Sequence record: HF562234.1
Reading direction: 5' to 3' (one strand)
DNA length: 32,000 nucleotides
Below the pieces are notes generated by a model. The model made no database searches. It saw only the letters and a program-made list of their open reading frames with translations, and was not told where the DNA came from. Shown here piece by piece: positions 1 through 8,729 of this stretch (position 1 is its first letter; every line of letters begins with the position of its first letter). A program made the translations under genes and the position numbers.

Positions 1-430
1 AACCAGATGTGATTTGAACACCTTGGAAACCTCCTCCAACGTCGCCATTTAGAATTTCTTGTCCTACTATGGGCCATACAATTTGCGCACTAGGTTTAAT
101 TATAGTTGGATTACTTAACCATGAAACATAGTTAGAAAAACGAGCACCATGAAAATACATACCACTAAGCCATAAAAATATAATAGCTAGCTGGCCGAAA
201 TGTGCGCTAAAAATTTTTCTTGAAACTTCTTCTAATGAACTTGTATGACTGTCAAAGTCGTGAGCATCTGCATGTAAATTCCAGATCCATGTTGTTGTTT
301 TAGGACCTTTTGCAAGTACTCGTGAAAAATGGCCTGGTTTTGCCCATTTTTCAAAAGATGTACTTACTACATTTTTATCTACAGTTACTTTAACTTTTTT
401 TGTCTCTTGCTCTTGTGAGCTAATTGCCAT
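1..430 (-). CDS. psaA: Photosystem I P700 apoprotein A1, N-terminal part (gene continues beyond window start)
   Basis: Absent from the ORF track because it runs off the window. Minus-strand translation from ATG (430-428) reads [101 protein letters not shown]..., the canonical PsaA N-terminus. A GGAG motif (complement of 439-442) lies 8 nt upstream of the ATG. Confidence 0.95.
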   Translation of the reverse strand, partial: MAISSQEQETKKVKVTVDKNVVSTSFEKWAKPGHFSRVLAKGPKTTTWIWNLHADAHDFDSHTSSLEEVSRKIFSAHFGQLAIIFLWLSGMYFHGARFSNYVSWLSNPTIIKPSAQIVWPIVGQEILNGDVGGGFQGVQITSG

Positions 431-600
431 CGAGTTGCTCCTCTCTATTTTAAATAAAATGAGATAAGGAATAAAACGCTCAACAAGTATCTCTTTTATA
501 AATGGATATTTTTTGGATATGTGAGTTTTTATTACATTCTTACATTATAAATATATTCTATATTTTATTTAATATCTGTTAACAATAGTTAAAATCTCAT

Positions 601-1077
601 TTATTCTAGAATAGGCTTAACTTTCATTAATGCTTGTCCACAATCAACAATATCACCATCTTGAACTAGTATTTCAACTATTTCGCCATTTACTTCTGCT
701 TCGATCTCATTCATTAGTTTCATCGCTTCAATTATACATACTGTTTGTTTTTGTTGTACAATATCGTATAAATCTATAAATGATGGTTCGCCTGGAGCAG
801 GTGATCTATAAAATGTACCTACCATAGGAGATACTATTGTTGAATATATTTCTAATTTACGATTAGAAAGCTCATTGTCTGGAATAGAACTAATTTGATT
901 ATTTGTACTTTTTTTCACATTAGTATTTTTATTTCTTAGTCCAATTATTTGTTTATTTATTATGTCTGATTTATTAATAGTTAGTTCAAACTCTTGACTT
1001 TTTACATTTATTTCTTGTATTTGTTTATTTTGAATAGAATGTAAAAGTTGTTTTAAATCATCTATTTGAAATTTCAT
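601..1077 (-). CDS. accB: Biotin carboxyl carrier protein of acetyl-CoA carboxylase
   Basis: 158 aa. The C-terminal biotinyl domain carries the EAMKLMNEIEAE motif (biotinylated Lys in AMK). The N-terminal linker is low-complexity, as is typical of BCCP. Confidence 0.92.
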   Translation of the reverse strand: MKFQIDDLKQLLHSIQNKQIQEINVKSQEFELTINKSDIINKQIIGLRNKNTNVKKSTNNQISSIPDNELSNRKLEIYSTIVSPMVGTFYRSPAPGEPSFIDLYDIVQQKQTVCIIEAMKLMNEIEAEVNGEIVEILVQDGDIVDCGQALMKVKPILE

Positions 1078-1108
1078 ATTAATATATAATCCTTTAACTA
1101 TTTGCTGT

Positions 1109-1330
1109 CTATAATTCCGTATATTTTTCTGAGGATATGACTTCTAATTCTTTTGAAAATATCCATATCCTAGTGCAATCTTCAAATTCTATAATTGGTA
1201 CTGTATCATTACAGGAAATTATTCTTTTTCCAACTATAGTTCCAACTTTATCTATATAATGTACAATTTTTACATTATTTTTAGTATTCATTTCTTTTAT
1301 TTTTACATTTTTACCTGTCTTCATACTCAT
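1109..1330 (-). CDS. Unassigned 73-aa ORF, co-oriented with accB and 31 nt upstream of it; predicted small beta-rich (KOW/SH3-like) protein
   Basis: Intact ORF between accB and the divergent ycf45. An AAAGGA Shine-Dalgarno-like motif for accB lies in the 31-nt gap, which suggests co-transcription. No family motif that I can name with certainty. No obvious SD precedes its own ATG. Confidence 0.45.
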   Translation of the reverse strand: MSMKTGKNVKIKEMNTKNNVKIVHYIDKVGTIVGKRIISCNDTVPIIEFEDCTRIWIFSKELEVISSEKYTEL

Positions 1331-1533
1331 TATTAATTATTTATTAAATGTATATTATGTGTCAAAATTAATTGTTATATACATGATATAAGTTAATTTA
1401 GTGTACTATAAATAATGGATATTTAAAATAAAGAGCATATTAGCAAATTAATGATAGAATTTTTAGAGCAAGGTCAATTTAGAATCATAGCTGAATTATC
1501 GATTTTTTATACGCAAACTAAACAATAAAAAAA

Positions 1534-3240
1534 ATGTTAATAGCAGATGATTTAGATAAATTATTACAAATTTTGCCAGATTTTGTACGTAAACCCTTAG
1601 AAGAGCATTCTAGACGTAAAACCTTAATAGAAGTAGTTATGGATTTAGGCAGAAGACCTGAAGCGCGCTTTCCAGAAGGACCAGAATATTTATCTTCTAG
1701 GACTATATCGTGGCAAGATTTAAATTTTTGTATTAAAAAGATAGGTAATTTCGGTGAAGATAATAGGTCTGGAATAGAGCGTACTTTGCATAGAATCAGT
1801 TCTATTAGAAATAGAAAAGGTAATATTGTAGGTTTGACATGTAGAGTTGGTAGAGCAATTTTTGGAACAATAAGTATTATTCGTGATCTTTTAGAAAAAA
1901 GTCAATCATTGCTTTTACTGGGTAAACCAGGCGTAGGAAAAACTACAGCAATTAGAGAAATTGCTAGAGTTTTAGCAAATGAAATGGAAAAAAGAGTTGT
2001 TATAATAGATACTTCTAATGAGATAGCAGGTGATGGTGATATACCACATCCTGCCATTGGTCGTGCACGTAGGATGCAAGTAGCACGCCCTGAGCTGCAA
2101 CATCAAGTAATGATAGAAGCTGTAGAAAATCATATGCCTCAAGTTATTATTATTGATGAAATTGGAACAGAGCTAGAAGCTTTAGCTGCTCGTACAATAG
2201 CAGAAAGAGGAGTGCAACTAGTTGGAACAGCTCATGGTAACTATCTAGATAGCTTAATTAAAAATCCAATTCTTTCAGACCTTGTTGGAGGTATACAATA
2301 TGTTACATTAGGAGACGACGAAGCAAAGCGCCGAGGTTCACAAAAAAGTATTTTAGAAAGAAAAGCTGCACCTGCTTTTCAAGTGGCTATCGAGATTCAT
2401 CAAAGAAATAATTGGATTGTACATGAAGAAGTAGATCAAGCAATTGATCAAATTTTGCAAGGCCATCCATTATTAATGCAACGCCGTATATTTAAATCAA
2501 ATGGTTCTATAGATATAGTTTGTGAACAGTCTATTTCTTCAAATTTTTCATACCAGTTAAATAGTAGTGTAAAATCTAAAAATTTAAAATCAGGTATTTT
2601 TTTTAAGCAATCTAGTATAATGAAGAACCAAGACTTAAAAATTAATTCCTATTTTGATAAAGCTAATTGGTTACCAAATAAAAATAAGTATAAGTCTTAT
2701 CTTACTCAAATAAACAATAATCATCTTAGATCTAAAGATATCACGAACTGTATTCTATTATACCCTTATTATATTAATTCTCAGCGTATAGAATCCATTA
2801 TTGCCTCCTTACAATTGCCAATCGGAGTTACAAAAGATATTCTAAGATCAGATGTAATTTTAGCTCTAAGGTCAAATGTGAAGCAAAATACAAAATTGAG
2901 ACAGATAGCAAAGTCAAGACATATTATAATTTATACTGTTTATAATGGCACAGAGACTTATATTACAAGAGCCTTAAAGCAGATTTTGAATGTAAGGCAG
3001 ATGTTACATGTTGACTCATATCAATTATCTGAAGATAGAGAAAGTTCTCAAGTTGAGGCATTAGCAGAAGTACGTATAGCTATCGAAAAAGTTGTAATAG
3101 GTAAAAAACAGTCAGTGGAACTTTTATCAAGATTAGCAAGTGTACGAAAAATCCAATATCAATTTATAGACTCTTACAATTTAAGATCTAGAAGTTTTGG
3201 TAAAGAACCAGATAGAAAATTATGTATTTATCCAAGTTGA
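1534..3240 (+). CDS. ycf45: Ycf45: SpoIIIAA-like P-loop ATPase with C-terminal R3H-like domain
   Basis: 568 aa. Walker A GKPGVGKTT and Walker B VIIIDEIG are present. The conserved N-terminal half (LPDFVRKPLEEH..., GTAHG) matches the red-algal/cyanobacterial ycf45 family. The C-terminal ...NLRSRSFGKEPDRKLCIYP is R3H-like. Confidence 0.88.
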   Translation: MLIADDLDKLLQILPDFVRKPLEEHSRRKTLIEVVMDLGRRPEARFPEGPEYLSSRTISWQDLNFCIKKIGNFGEDNRSGIERTLHRISSIRNRKGNIVGLTCRVGRAIFGTISIIRDLLEKSQSLLLLGKPGVGKTTAIREIARVLANEMEKRVVIIDTSNEIAGDGDIPHPAIGRARRMQVARPELQHQVMIEAVENHMPQVIIIDEIGTELEALAARTIAERGVQLVGTAHGNYLDSLIKNPILSDLVGGIQYVTLGDDEAKRRGSQKSILERKAAPAFQVAIEIHQRNNWIVHEEVDQAIDQILQGHPLLMQRRIFKSNGSIDIVCEQSISSNFSYQLNSSVKSKNLKSGIFFKQSSIMKNQDLKINSYFDKANWLPNKNKYKSYLTQINNNHLRSKDITNCILLYPYYINSQRIESIIASLQLPIGVTKDILRSDVILALRSNVKQNTKLRQIAKSRHIIIYTVYNGTETYITRALKQILNVRQMLHVDSYQLSEDRESSQVEALAEVRIAIEKVVIGKKQSVELLSRLASVRKIQYQFIDSYNLRSRSFGKEPDRKLCIYPS

Positions 3241-3322
3241 TTAAGTATAATTACATTACTATATTGGTTTTTTCTATAGATACAGGCCTTCAAGTCAAAT
3301 TTTTAATTATTAGGATTACATT

Positions 3323-3571
3323 ATGTTATTGACAAAACAAGAAATAACTGACAAAGTGAAAACTATAATTGCTACTCAACTAGGAGTTGAGTTGGAAAAA
3401 GTAACTTTAGAAGCAAATTTTGCAACTGAATTAGGAGCTGACTCATTAGATACAGTTGAATTAGTAATGGCTATTGAAGAAGAATTTAAGATAGATATAC
3501 CTGATCAAGATGCAGAGAAAATATCTAATTTAGAGCAAGCAATAGATTTTATTCAAAAAATAGTAAATTGA
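3323..3571 (+). CDS. acpP: Acyl carrier protein
   Basis: 82 aa with the [19 protein letters not shown] phosphopantetheine-attachment motif (Ser in DSLD). Confidence 0.95.
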   Translation: MLLTKQEITDKVKTIIATQLGVELEKVTLEANFATELGADSLDTVELVMAIEEEFKIDIPDQDAEKISNLEQAIDFIQKIVN

Positions 3572-3585
3572 TGATATTAATGTAA

Positions 3586-3671
3586 CGGAGAGGGTGGGAT
3601 TCGAACCCACGGAACCTTGCGGTTCATCTGATTTCAAATCAGACGCAATCAACCAACTCTACCACCTCTCC
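3586..3671 (-). tRNA. trnS: tRNA-Ser (anticodon UGA), class II with long variable arm
   Basis: Minus-strand sequence is GGAGAGGTGGTAGAGTTGGTTGATTGCGTCTGATTTGAAATCAGATGAACCGCAAGGTTCCGTGGGTTCGAATCCCACCCTCTCCG. The 7-bp acceptor stem is GGAGAGG/CCTCTCC. The anticodon stem is TCTGA/TCAGA with loop TTTGAAA. The T arm is GTGGG-TTCGAAT-CCCAC and the variable arm is long. Confidence 0.95.
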
Positions 3672-3695
3672 ATAATGTATAAATAATATCTTATC

Positions 3696-3741
3696 AGACT
3701 AAATGCTATAAATACAATAAAAAATTTATAGTTTTTAGTCT
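3696..3741 (-). terminator. Compound stem-loop downstream of psaD (3'-end stabiliser or terminator candidate)
   Basis: The outer stem pairs 3696-3703 (agactaaa) with 3734-3741 (tttagtct). The inner stem pairs 3706-3713 (ctataaat) with 3724-3731 (atttatag). The loop is 10 nt. It lies between the psaD stop and the co-oriented trnS. Confidence 0.45.
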
Positions 3742-3763
3742 AATTATAGATCAGATCAGTAAA

Positions 3764-4189
3764 TTATTCATATGTTCCTCGACCAGTAAATTTTGTATTT
3801 ACTGGATTTTCATTTTTTCCGATAGAATGACTAATATTTCCAACACCTTCACGCCCAGGGTTAACCTTTTCTGGAAAAACTCCATCTTTAGGATGTAAGT
3901 ATTGAACTTCTCCATTGGGAAAAATTCTGTAAATTTTAAAATCCCTGATTTTGAAACTCTTTCTTAATTGTGCGCTTAAAGCTAAGCATTGCTCTTTTTT
4001 TGCTAAATATAGTAAATTATCTCCTTCACGCATAATGGCTGCTCCACCAGTAGGCATTTCAAATATTTGTTCAGATTTACTTGTCCATGTAATGGCATAT
4101 TTTTCTTCAATTTCAGCTGATCTTAACCAACCTCCCGTGCTACCACCAAAAGTAGGTGAGGGCATTTTAAAATTTATAGTATTTGTCAT
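3764..4189 (-). CDS. psaD: Photosystem I reaction centre subunit II
   Basis: 141 aa. Contains [26 protein letters not shown] and [26 protein letters not shown], both hallmark PsaD segments. Confidence 0.95.
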   Translation of the reverse strand: MTNTINFKMPSPTFGGSTGGWLRSAEIEEKYAITWTSKSEQIFEMPTGGAAIMREGDNLLYLAKKEQCLALSAQLRKSFKIRDFKIYRIFPNGEVQYLHPKDGVFPEKVNPGREGVGNISHSIGKNENPVNTKFTGRGTYE

Positions 4190-4340
4190 ATAATTTTACT
4201 TTTTTGTCTTTATTTGTTTTGTATTACTAATAATATATTATCATTCTTAATTAAAAAAGAAATAAAGCTTCATAAAAATCAATATTAAAGCAAACTAGTT
4301 GTAATTAGCGAGTATATGAACATATAAGTTGCACGATATT

Positions 4341-5390
4341 TTATCGAATAGTTAATGCAACTTGTGTAGATTTAATAGGAGTTATAAAGAAAAGCTGGAT
4401 TAATTTTTTAGTCAGTTTCATGTATATTGGAAATTTGTTTAAGTTCTTAATTAGTTTATTTGATTGTAACGTATCAATTTCTATTAACGCTCTATTATAA
4501 GTAGCACATTCATCTAAATATTGGAAAAATTCTGGCTTATCTATATTTAGAGCAACAGGGAAAATACGTGATACACTTTCATTTGTTTTGCGTATTACTT
4601 GCATATCATATTGTCTAGCATCTAATCCAATAGCTCTGTAAAAATTAGATCTCTGAAAATCATTTAGGTACATAGTAGCAAATACACTTAAAAGAAAAAA
4701 TCTGCACCATAGTCTTGATTGTAAAGTATCTAAAAATTGAGGTTGAGATTTAAGTAGAGCAGCAAAGAAATCGCCATGACGATTTTCATCTTGACACCAG
4801 TTTTCAAAAAATTTAAATATAGGATAAATGCGATGTTCAGGATGCTTTTCTAAATGTCTATAGATAGTAATATATCTCCAATATCCAATTTTTTCTGATA
4901 AATATGTTGCATAAAATATAAACTTAGGAGCAAAAAAAGTATATTTTCTACTTTTAGTAAGAAAGCCAAGATCTAATGATAAATTAAAATCTCCAATAGC
5001 TTTATTTAAGAATCCTGCATGCCTTGCTTCATCTCGAGACATTAATAAGAAGCATTCAGCTACAGTAGGACTACTTGTTTGTAATCTTCTAGATAGCTCC
5101 TTATATAATAAAAAGCCAGAAAATTCTGCTGTGCATGATCTTTCTAAAAATTCAATAAATAAAGCTTTAGTTTGATCATCTAAACTATCCCAAGACTGTT
5201 CAAATTCTTCATCTCGAATAAAGTGTTGACGATTATAATCTGCTCTAAATTCTTTAAGTAAAGCTTCAAATTCTTGTAAGTTTGAAGAAATATCTAATTG
5301 GGCCATTTCGTCAAAATTTGTTGTATAAAATCTGGGAGTTAGAAGAGTTTCTTTGATGATTTCCGTTGATGTATTTATGGTAGTTTGCAT
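4341..5390 (-). CDS. acsF: Mg-protoporphyrin IX monomethyl ester oxidative cyclase (ycf59)
   Basis: 349 aa. Di-iron carboxylate motifs are present: [30 protein letters not shown]. The N-terminus [14 protein letters not shown] is typical of AcsF/CHL27. Confidence 0.93.
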   Translation of the reverse strand: MQTTINTSTEIIKETLLTPRFYTTNFDEMAQLDISSNLQEFEALLKEFRADYNRQHFIRDEEFEQSWDSLDDQTKALFIEFLERSCTAEFSGFLLYKELSRRLQTSSPTVAECFLLMSRDEARHAGFLNKAIGDFNLSLDLGFLTKSRKYTFFAPKFIFYATYLSEKIGYWRYITIYRHLEKHPEHRIYPIFKFFENWCQDENRHGDFFAALLKSQPQFLDTLQSRLWCRFFLLSVFATMYLNDFQRSNFYRAIGLDARQYDMQVIRKTNESVSRIFPVALNIDKPEFFQYLDECATYNRALIEIDTLQSNKLIKNLNKFPIYMKLTKKLIQLFFITPIKSTQVALTIR

Positions 5391-5609
5391 TTTCTTTTGG
5401 ATAATAGCAATATTTATTTCTTGTTAGCAACTATAATTAAAATAATACTAACTCTAACTTTCATTTGCTTTGTGATTAAGTCTTAAAAGTTTGCATTTCT
5501 TAATATATGTAATTATATATTTGAGATTATAGATCAGAATTATTTGTATATAATCTATTAATTAGATGTATTATATAAATAATAATTTTTAGTTACTAAG
5601 GAATAAATT

Positions 5610-5699
5610 ATGGATATTGTGAGCTTAGGATGGGGTTCTTTATTAGCTTTAATTACATTTTCTATTGCATTAGTTGTATGGGGAAGAAATGGTTTTTAG
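5610..5699 (+). CDS. petN: Cytochrome b6f complex subunit VIII
   Basis: Too short for the ORF track. Translates to [29 protein letters not shown] (29 aa), the PetN signature (...GW....L...S...VVWGRNGF). An AAGGA motif lies about 7 nt upstream of the ATG. Confidence 0.9.
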   Translation: MDIVSLGWGSLLALITFSIALVVWGRNGF

Positions 5700-5760
5700 A
5701 AATGAATTATAATAAGTGTTGTAAAATATAAATTAATTATTTAATATAATGGAGTCGATA

Positions 5761-5859
5761 ATGGTACATGAAATAATCCAAACAAGTATAATTAGTTCAA
5801 CTTTAATATTGTTAGGACTAATTTTAGGATTTGTATTATTGAAAATTCAAGGTGAATAG
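5761..5859 (+). CDS. petM: Cytochrome b6f complex subunit VII (ycf31)
   Basis: Too short for the ORF track. Translates to MVHEIIQTSIISSTLILLGLILGFVLLKIQGE (32 aa). It is a single TM helix with the PetM-like LGL..GF.LLK.Q.E ending and lies directly after petN. Confidence 0.8.
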   Translation: MVHEIIQTSIISSTLILLGLILGFVLLKIQGE

Positions 5860-5964
5860 AAATATCTAATTTGCTATAAATAAAATAAATCCAGTAGAGT
5901 TATGATGAACTAGTTTATCATATCTTTTACTATATTAAATATATGATAACATAATAATAAAATA

Positions 5965-6177
5965 ATGAAATTAATATGGTATTTAATAAGTCTAACTATT
6001 ATTTTTTTAGTACTTATAAGTAGTCCAAAATCTACTAATATTGGTAGCTTTAGTAATCAAGGTAATCTTTTAAATGCTACACGTAGTACACAAAAAACAT
6101 TACAGGGTTTAATAGCTTTTAATGTATTATGTTTCTTAATTTTAACTACATGGCTTCTTATACATACGGTTGTCTAA
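5965..6177 (+). CDS. secG: Preprotein translocase subunit SecG (ycf47)
   Basis: 70 aa with two hydrophobic helices flanking a polar loop (SPKSTNIGSFSNQGNLLNATRSTQKTL). This is the pattern of red-algal plastid SecG/ycf47. Confidence 0.8.
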   Translation: MKLIWYLISLTIIFLVLISSPKSTNIGSFSNQGNLLNATRSTQKTLQGLIAFNVLCFLILTTWLLIHTVV

Positions 6178-6237
6178 TATTTATACAACTTTAATTCTTA
6201 ATAAGTAAAAATATAAATCAACCATTAGTTTTTGTAT

Positions 6238-6735
6238 ATGTTTATTTCTAAAGATATATGTCCTGTGCCATTTGATCAACAACCTTTAAATGAATTTACT
6301 TCATTAAAAAAATCTTGTTTTTTTTCTTGGTCTTTATCATCAATTACTAAATATTTTAATACACTTTTCATAATATTTTTATGTCTATTTTTTGGACTTT
6401 ATCCATTCATCTATATTATATGCCTTAACAAAAATAATATCCTACAGATATGTAAATATGACATTTGTACAATAAATTTTATATTTATAATTATATTTAC
6501 ACGATTATATTTAGGCTGGTCTTATATAGTTAAGAGATTGGTTAGTTCAACAATATTTTATGAAGAATCAGGTTGGTATGATGGCCAAATTTGGATTAAA
6601 AATATTGAAAGTATAACACAAGATCGCTTAATTGGATTGTATGAAGTAATGCCATTTATAAACAGAATTAAATATAGTCTCTTCATATCGACTATATGCT
6701 TTCTTTCAGAATTAGTGATAATTTATTTGATTTAA
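6238..6735 (+). CDS. ycf36: Ycf36 (DUF1230 / CGLD27-like membrane protein)
   Basis: An N-terminal CPVPFDQQPLNEF motif is followed by two TM segments and ...YEESGWYDGQ.W, characteristic of ycf36. The ORF track starts at a TTG (6232). I prefer the ATG at 6238. Confidence 0.82.
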   Translation: MFISKDICPVPFDQQPLNEFTSLKKSCFFSWSLSSITKYFNTLFIIFLCLFFGLYPFIYIICLNKNNILQICKYDICTINFIFIIIFTRLYLGWSYIVKRLVSSTIFYEESGWYDGQIWIKNIESITQDRLIGLYEVMPFINRIKYSLFISTICFLSELVIIYLI

Positions 6736-6766
6736 ATTGAATAATCTTTTATGATTGTATATTAGA

Positions 6767-6840
6767 CGCGGGGTAGAGCAGTCAGGTAGCTCGTCGGGCT
6801 CATAACCCGAAGGCCAATGGTTCAAATCCATTCCCCGCTA
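6767..6840 (+). tRNA. trnfM: Initiator tRNA-fMet (anticodon CAU)
   Basis: The 74-nt cloverleaf starts CGCGGGG and has D arm GAGC/GCTC. The anticodon stem-loop TCGGG-CTCATAA-CCCGA has three consecutive G:C pairs, the initiator hallmark. The T arm is AATGG-TTCAAAT-CCATT and the 3' strand is CCCCGCT plus discriminator A. Position 1:72 is unpaired (C:U). No CCA is encoded. Confidence 0.93.
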
Positions 6841-6926
6841 TTAATACTTAGATTTTATATAAAAAAATATGTTATATTATCTTATATTATCACTATAAAT
6901 AAGTTTTAATTTTTATAAGAAATACA

Positions 6927-7526
6927 ATGTTAAACGATAGTAATGGCATTAGAGTGGGTCAAGAAGCTCCTGATTTTTCTGCTATTGCAGTATATGATCA
7001 AGAATTTAAACACATACAGTTGTCCGATTACATTGGTAAATATGTAATCTTATTGTTTTATCCACTAGATTTTACTTTTGTCTGTCCTACAGAAATTACA
7101 GCTTTTAGTGATGTATATTCACAGTTAAAAGCTTTAAATACAGAAATCTTAGGTATATCAGTTGATAGTCAATATTCTCATTTAGCATGGTTACAAACAA
7201 ACCGAGATTCTGGTGGTCTTGGGGATTTGAAATATCCACTAGTCTCTGATTTAACTAAGCAAATAAGCTTATCGTATAATATTTTAACAGAACAAGGAAC
7301 ATCTTTAAGGGGTTTATTTATTATAGATAAGGAGGGAATAATACAGCATTCACTAGTTAATAATTTAGATGTTGGTAGAAGTGTTGATGAAACTTTAAGA
7401 ACTTTACAGGCTATTCAATATGTACAAGTTAATCCAGATGAAGTTTGTCCTGCAAATTGGCAGCCAGGTAATGCAACTATAATTAGTAGTCCAGAGAAAT
7501 CTAGAGAATATTTTAGTTCTGTATAA
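6927..7526 (+). CDS. ycf42: 2-Cys peroxiredoxin (ycf42)
   Basis: 199 aa. The peroxidatic Cys lies in [10 protein letters not shown] and the resolving Cys in EVCPANW. The AhpC/TSA fold pattern is present throughout. Confidence 0.93.
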   Translation: MLNDSNGIRVGQEAPDFSAIAVYDQEFKHIQLSDYIGKYVILLFYPLDFTFVCPTEITAFSDVYSQLKALNTEILGISVDSQYSHLAWLQTNRDSGGLGDLKYPLVSDLTKQISLSYNILTEQGTSLRGLFIIDKEGIIQHSLVNNLDVGRSVDETLRTLQAIQYVQVNPDEVCPANWQPGNATIISSPEKSREYFSSV

Positions 7527-7656
7527 TTTTGATGATTGAAGTCTTTAAGAATTGTAATATAATTTTAAGCTATAAAGTTTTATTGTTATAAATACAATTA
7601 AATATAAGATTAGAAATTTTTTCCATATCAATAAACAATTTATAAAGGAATTATAT

Positions 7657-8352
7657 ATGTCTACTAATTTAGCTCAGCAATTACGTGAGGGAACTACAAA
7701 ATCTCATAGTATGGCTGAAAATGTAAGCTTTGTAAAATCTTTTTTGGGAGGAGTAGTCGATAAAAAAACTTATCGTAAATTGGTAGCCAACTTATTTTTT
7801 GTATATAGTGTTCTTGAAGAAGAGATAGAAAAGAATAAAAATCATACGGCTATCAATCCCATTTATTTTGTAGAATTAAATCGTAAAGATAGTCTATGTG
7901 AAGACTTACAATATTATTATGGTTCTAATTGGTCTCAATATATTGAACCTTCATTAGCAACACAAAATTATATTAATAGAATTCATGAAATTGGAAAAAA
8001 TCAACCAGAATTACTAATAGCTCATGCATATACTCGTTATATGGGAGATTTGTCTGGTGGACAAATTTTGAAAAAAATAGCTCAAAATGCAATGCAGCTA
8101 AATGGCACAAACGGAGTCTCATTTTATAACTTTCTTAGTATAAAAGATGATAAAGTTTTTAAAATAAAATATCGTGATGCATTAGATAATTTGCCTATAG
8201 ATGAGACTCAAATCAGTCAAATTATTGCTGAAGCTAATACTGCTTTTAATTTAAATATGCAAATATTTCAAGAATTAAATTCAAATTTAATAAAAATTAT
8301 GGTGATGCTTTTATTAAATACAATTGGCAGTTTTCAAAAAAAGCTTTCTTAA
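7657..8352 (+). CDS. pbsA: Heme oxygenase
   Basis: 231 aa. Contains LREGTTKSHSMAEN (proximal His region) and AHAYTRYMGDLSGGQILKKIA, both heme oxygenase signatures. Confidence 0.93.
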   Translation: MSTNLAQQLREGTTKSHSMAENVSFVKSFLGGVVDKKTYRKLVANLFFVYSVLEEEIEKNKNHTAINPIYFVELNRKDSLCEDLQYYYGSNWSQYIEPSLATQNYINRIHEIGKNQPELLIAHAYTRYMGDLSGGQILKKIAQNAMQLNGTNGVSFYNFLSIKDDKVFKIKYRDALDNLPIDETQISQIIAEANTAFNLNMQIFQELNSNLIKIMVMLLLNTIGSFQKKLS

Positions 8353-8525
8353 ATTTAATTAGAGTTTAGGTTATTAGTCTTATAAGAAATTCATTATTTT
8401 ACATCTAAAGCAACTTTAAATATATTTAAATGATTTTTTCATCTTACTTTTATAAAATCATCTGTATCTATATATCAGCTACATTAATTAAATGATATAA
8501 TTGTAATTATCAATAATAATATAAT

Positions 8526-8729
8526 ATGAAAAAATTAAAAACATCTAAATCTATTAAAAAAAGAATAAAAGTTACATCTTCAGGTAAGTTCTTAAGACAT
8601 AAAGCTTCACGTAGTCATTTGTTGCAAAAAAAAACATCTAATCGTAAACAGAAGCTAAAGCAAGTAACTTGTATTAATAAAAAAGATGCTTCGAGTTTTA
8701 CACAAAAATTGCCATATTTATCTAAATAA
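8526..8729 (+). CDS. rpl35: 50S ribosomal protein L35
   Basis: 67 aa and very basic. MKKLKTSKSIKKRIKVTSSGKFLRHKASRSHLL matches the L35 pattern. It lies immediately upstream of rpl20, as in the bacterial rpmI-rplT pair. Confidence 0.9.
   Translation: MKKLKTSKSIKKRIKVTSSGKFLRHKASRSHLLQKKTSNRKQKLKQVTCINKKDASSFTQKLPYLSK

Noticed and set aside
1451-1528. 25-codon upstream ORF (MIEFLEQGQFRIIAELSIFYTQTKQ) ending 5 nt before the ycf45 ATG
   Set aside because: It has no SD and no recognisable family. Short ORFs of this size are expected by chance in a 200-nt spacer. It would only be worth revisiting if conserved in relatives.
3951-4193. 80-aa plus-strand ORF overlapping psaD
   Set aside because: It lies entirely antisense to the strongly supported psaD CDS. 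The sequence has no recognisable motifs and looks like a typical shadow ORF.
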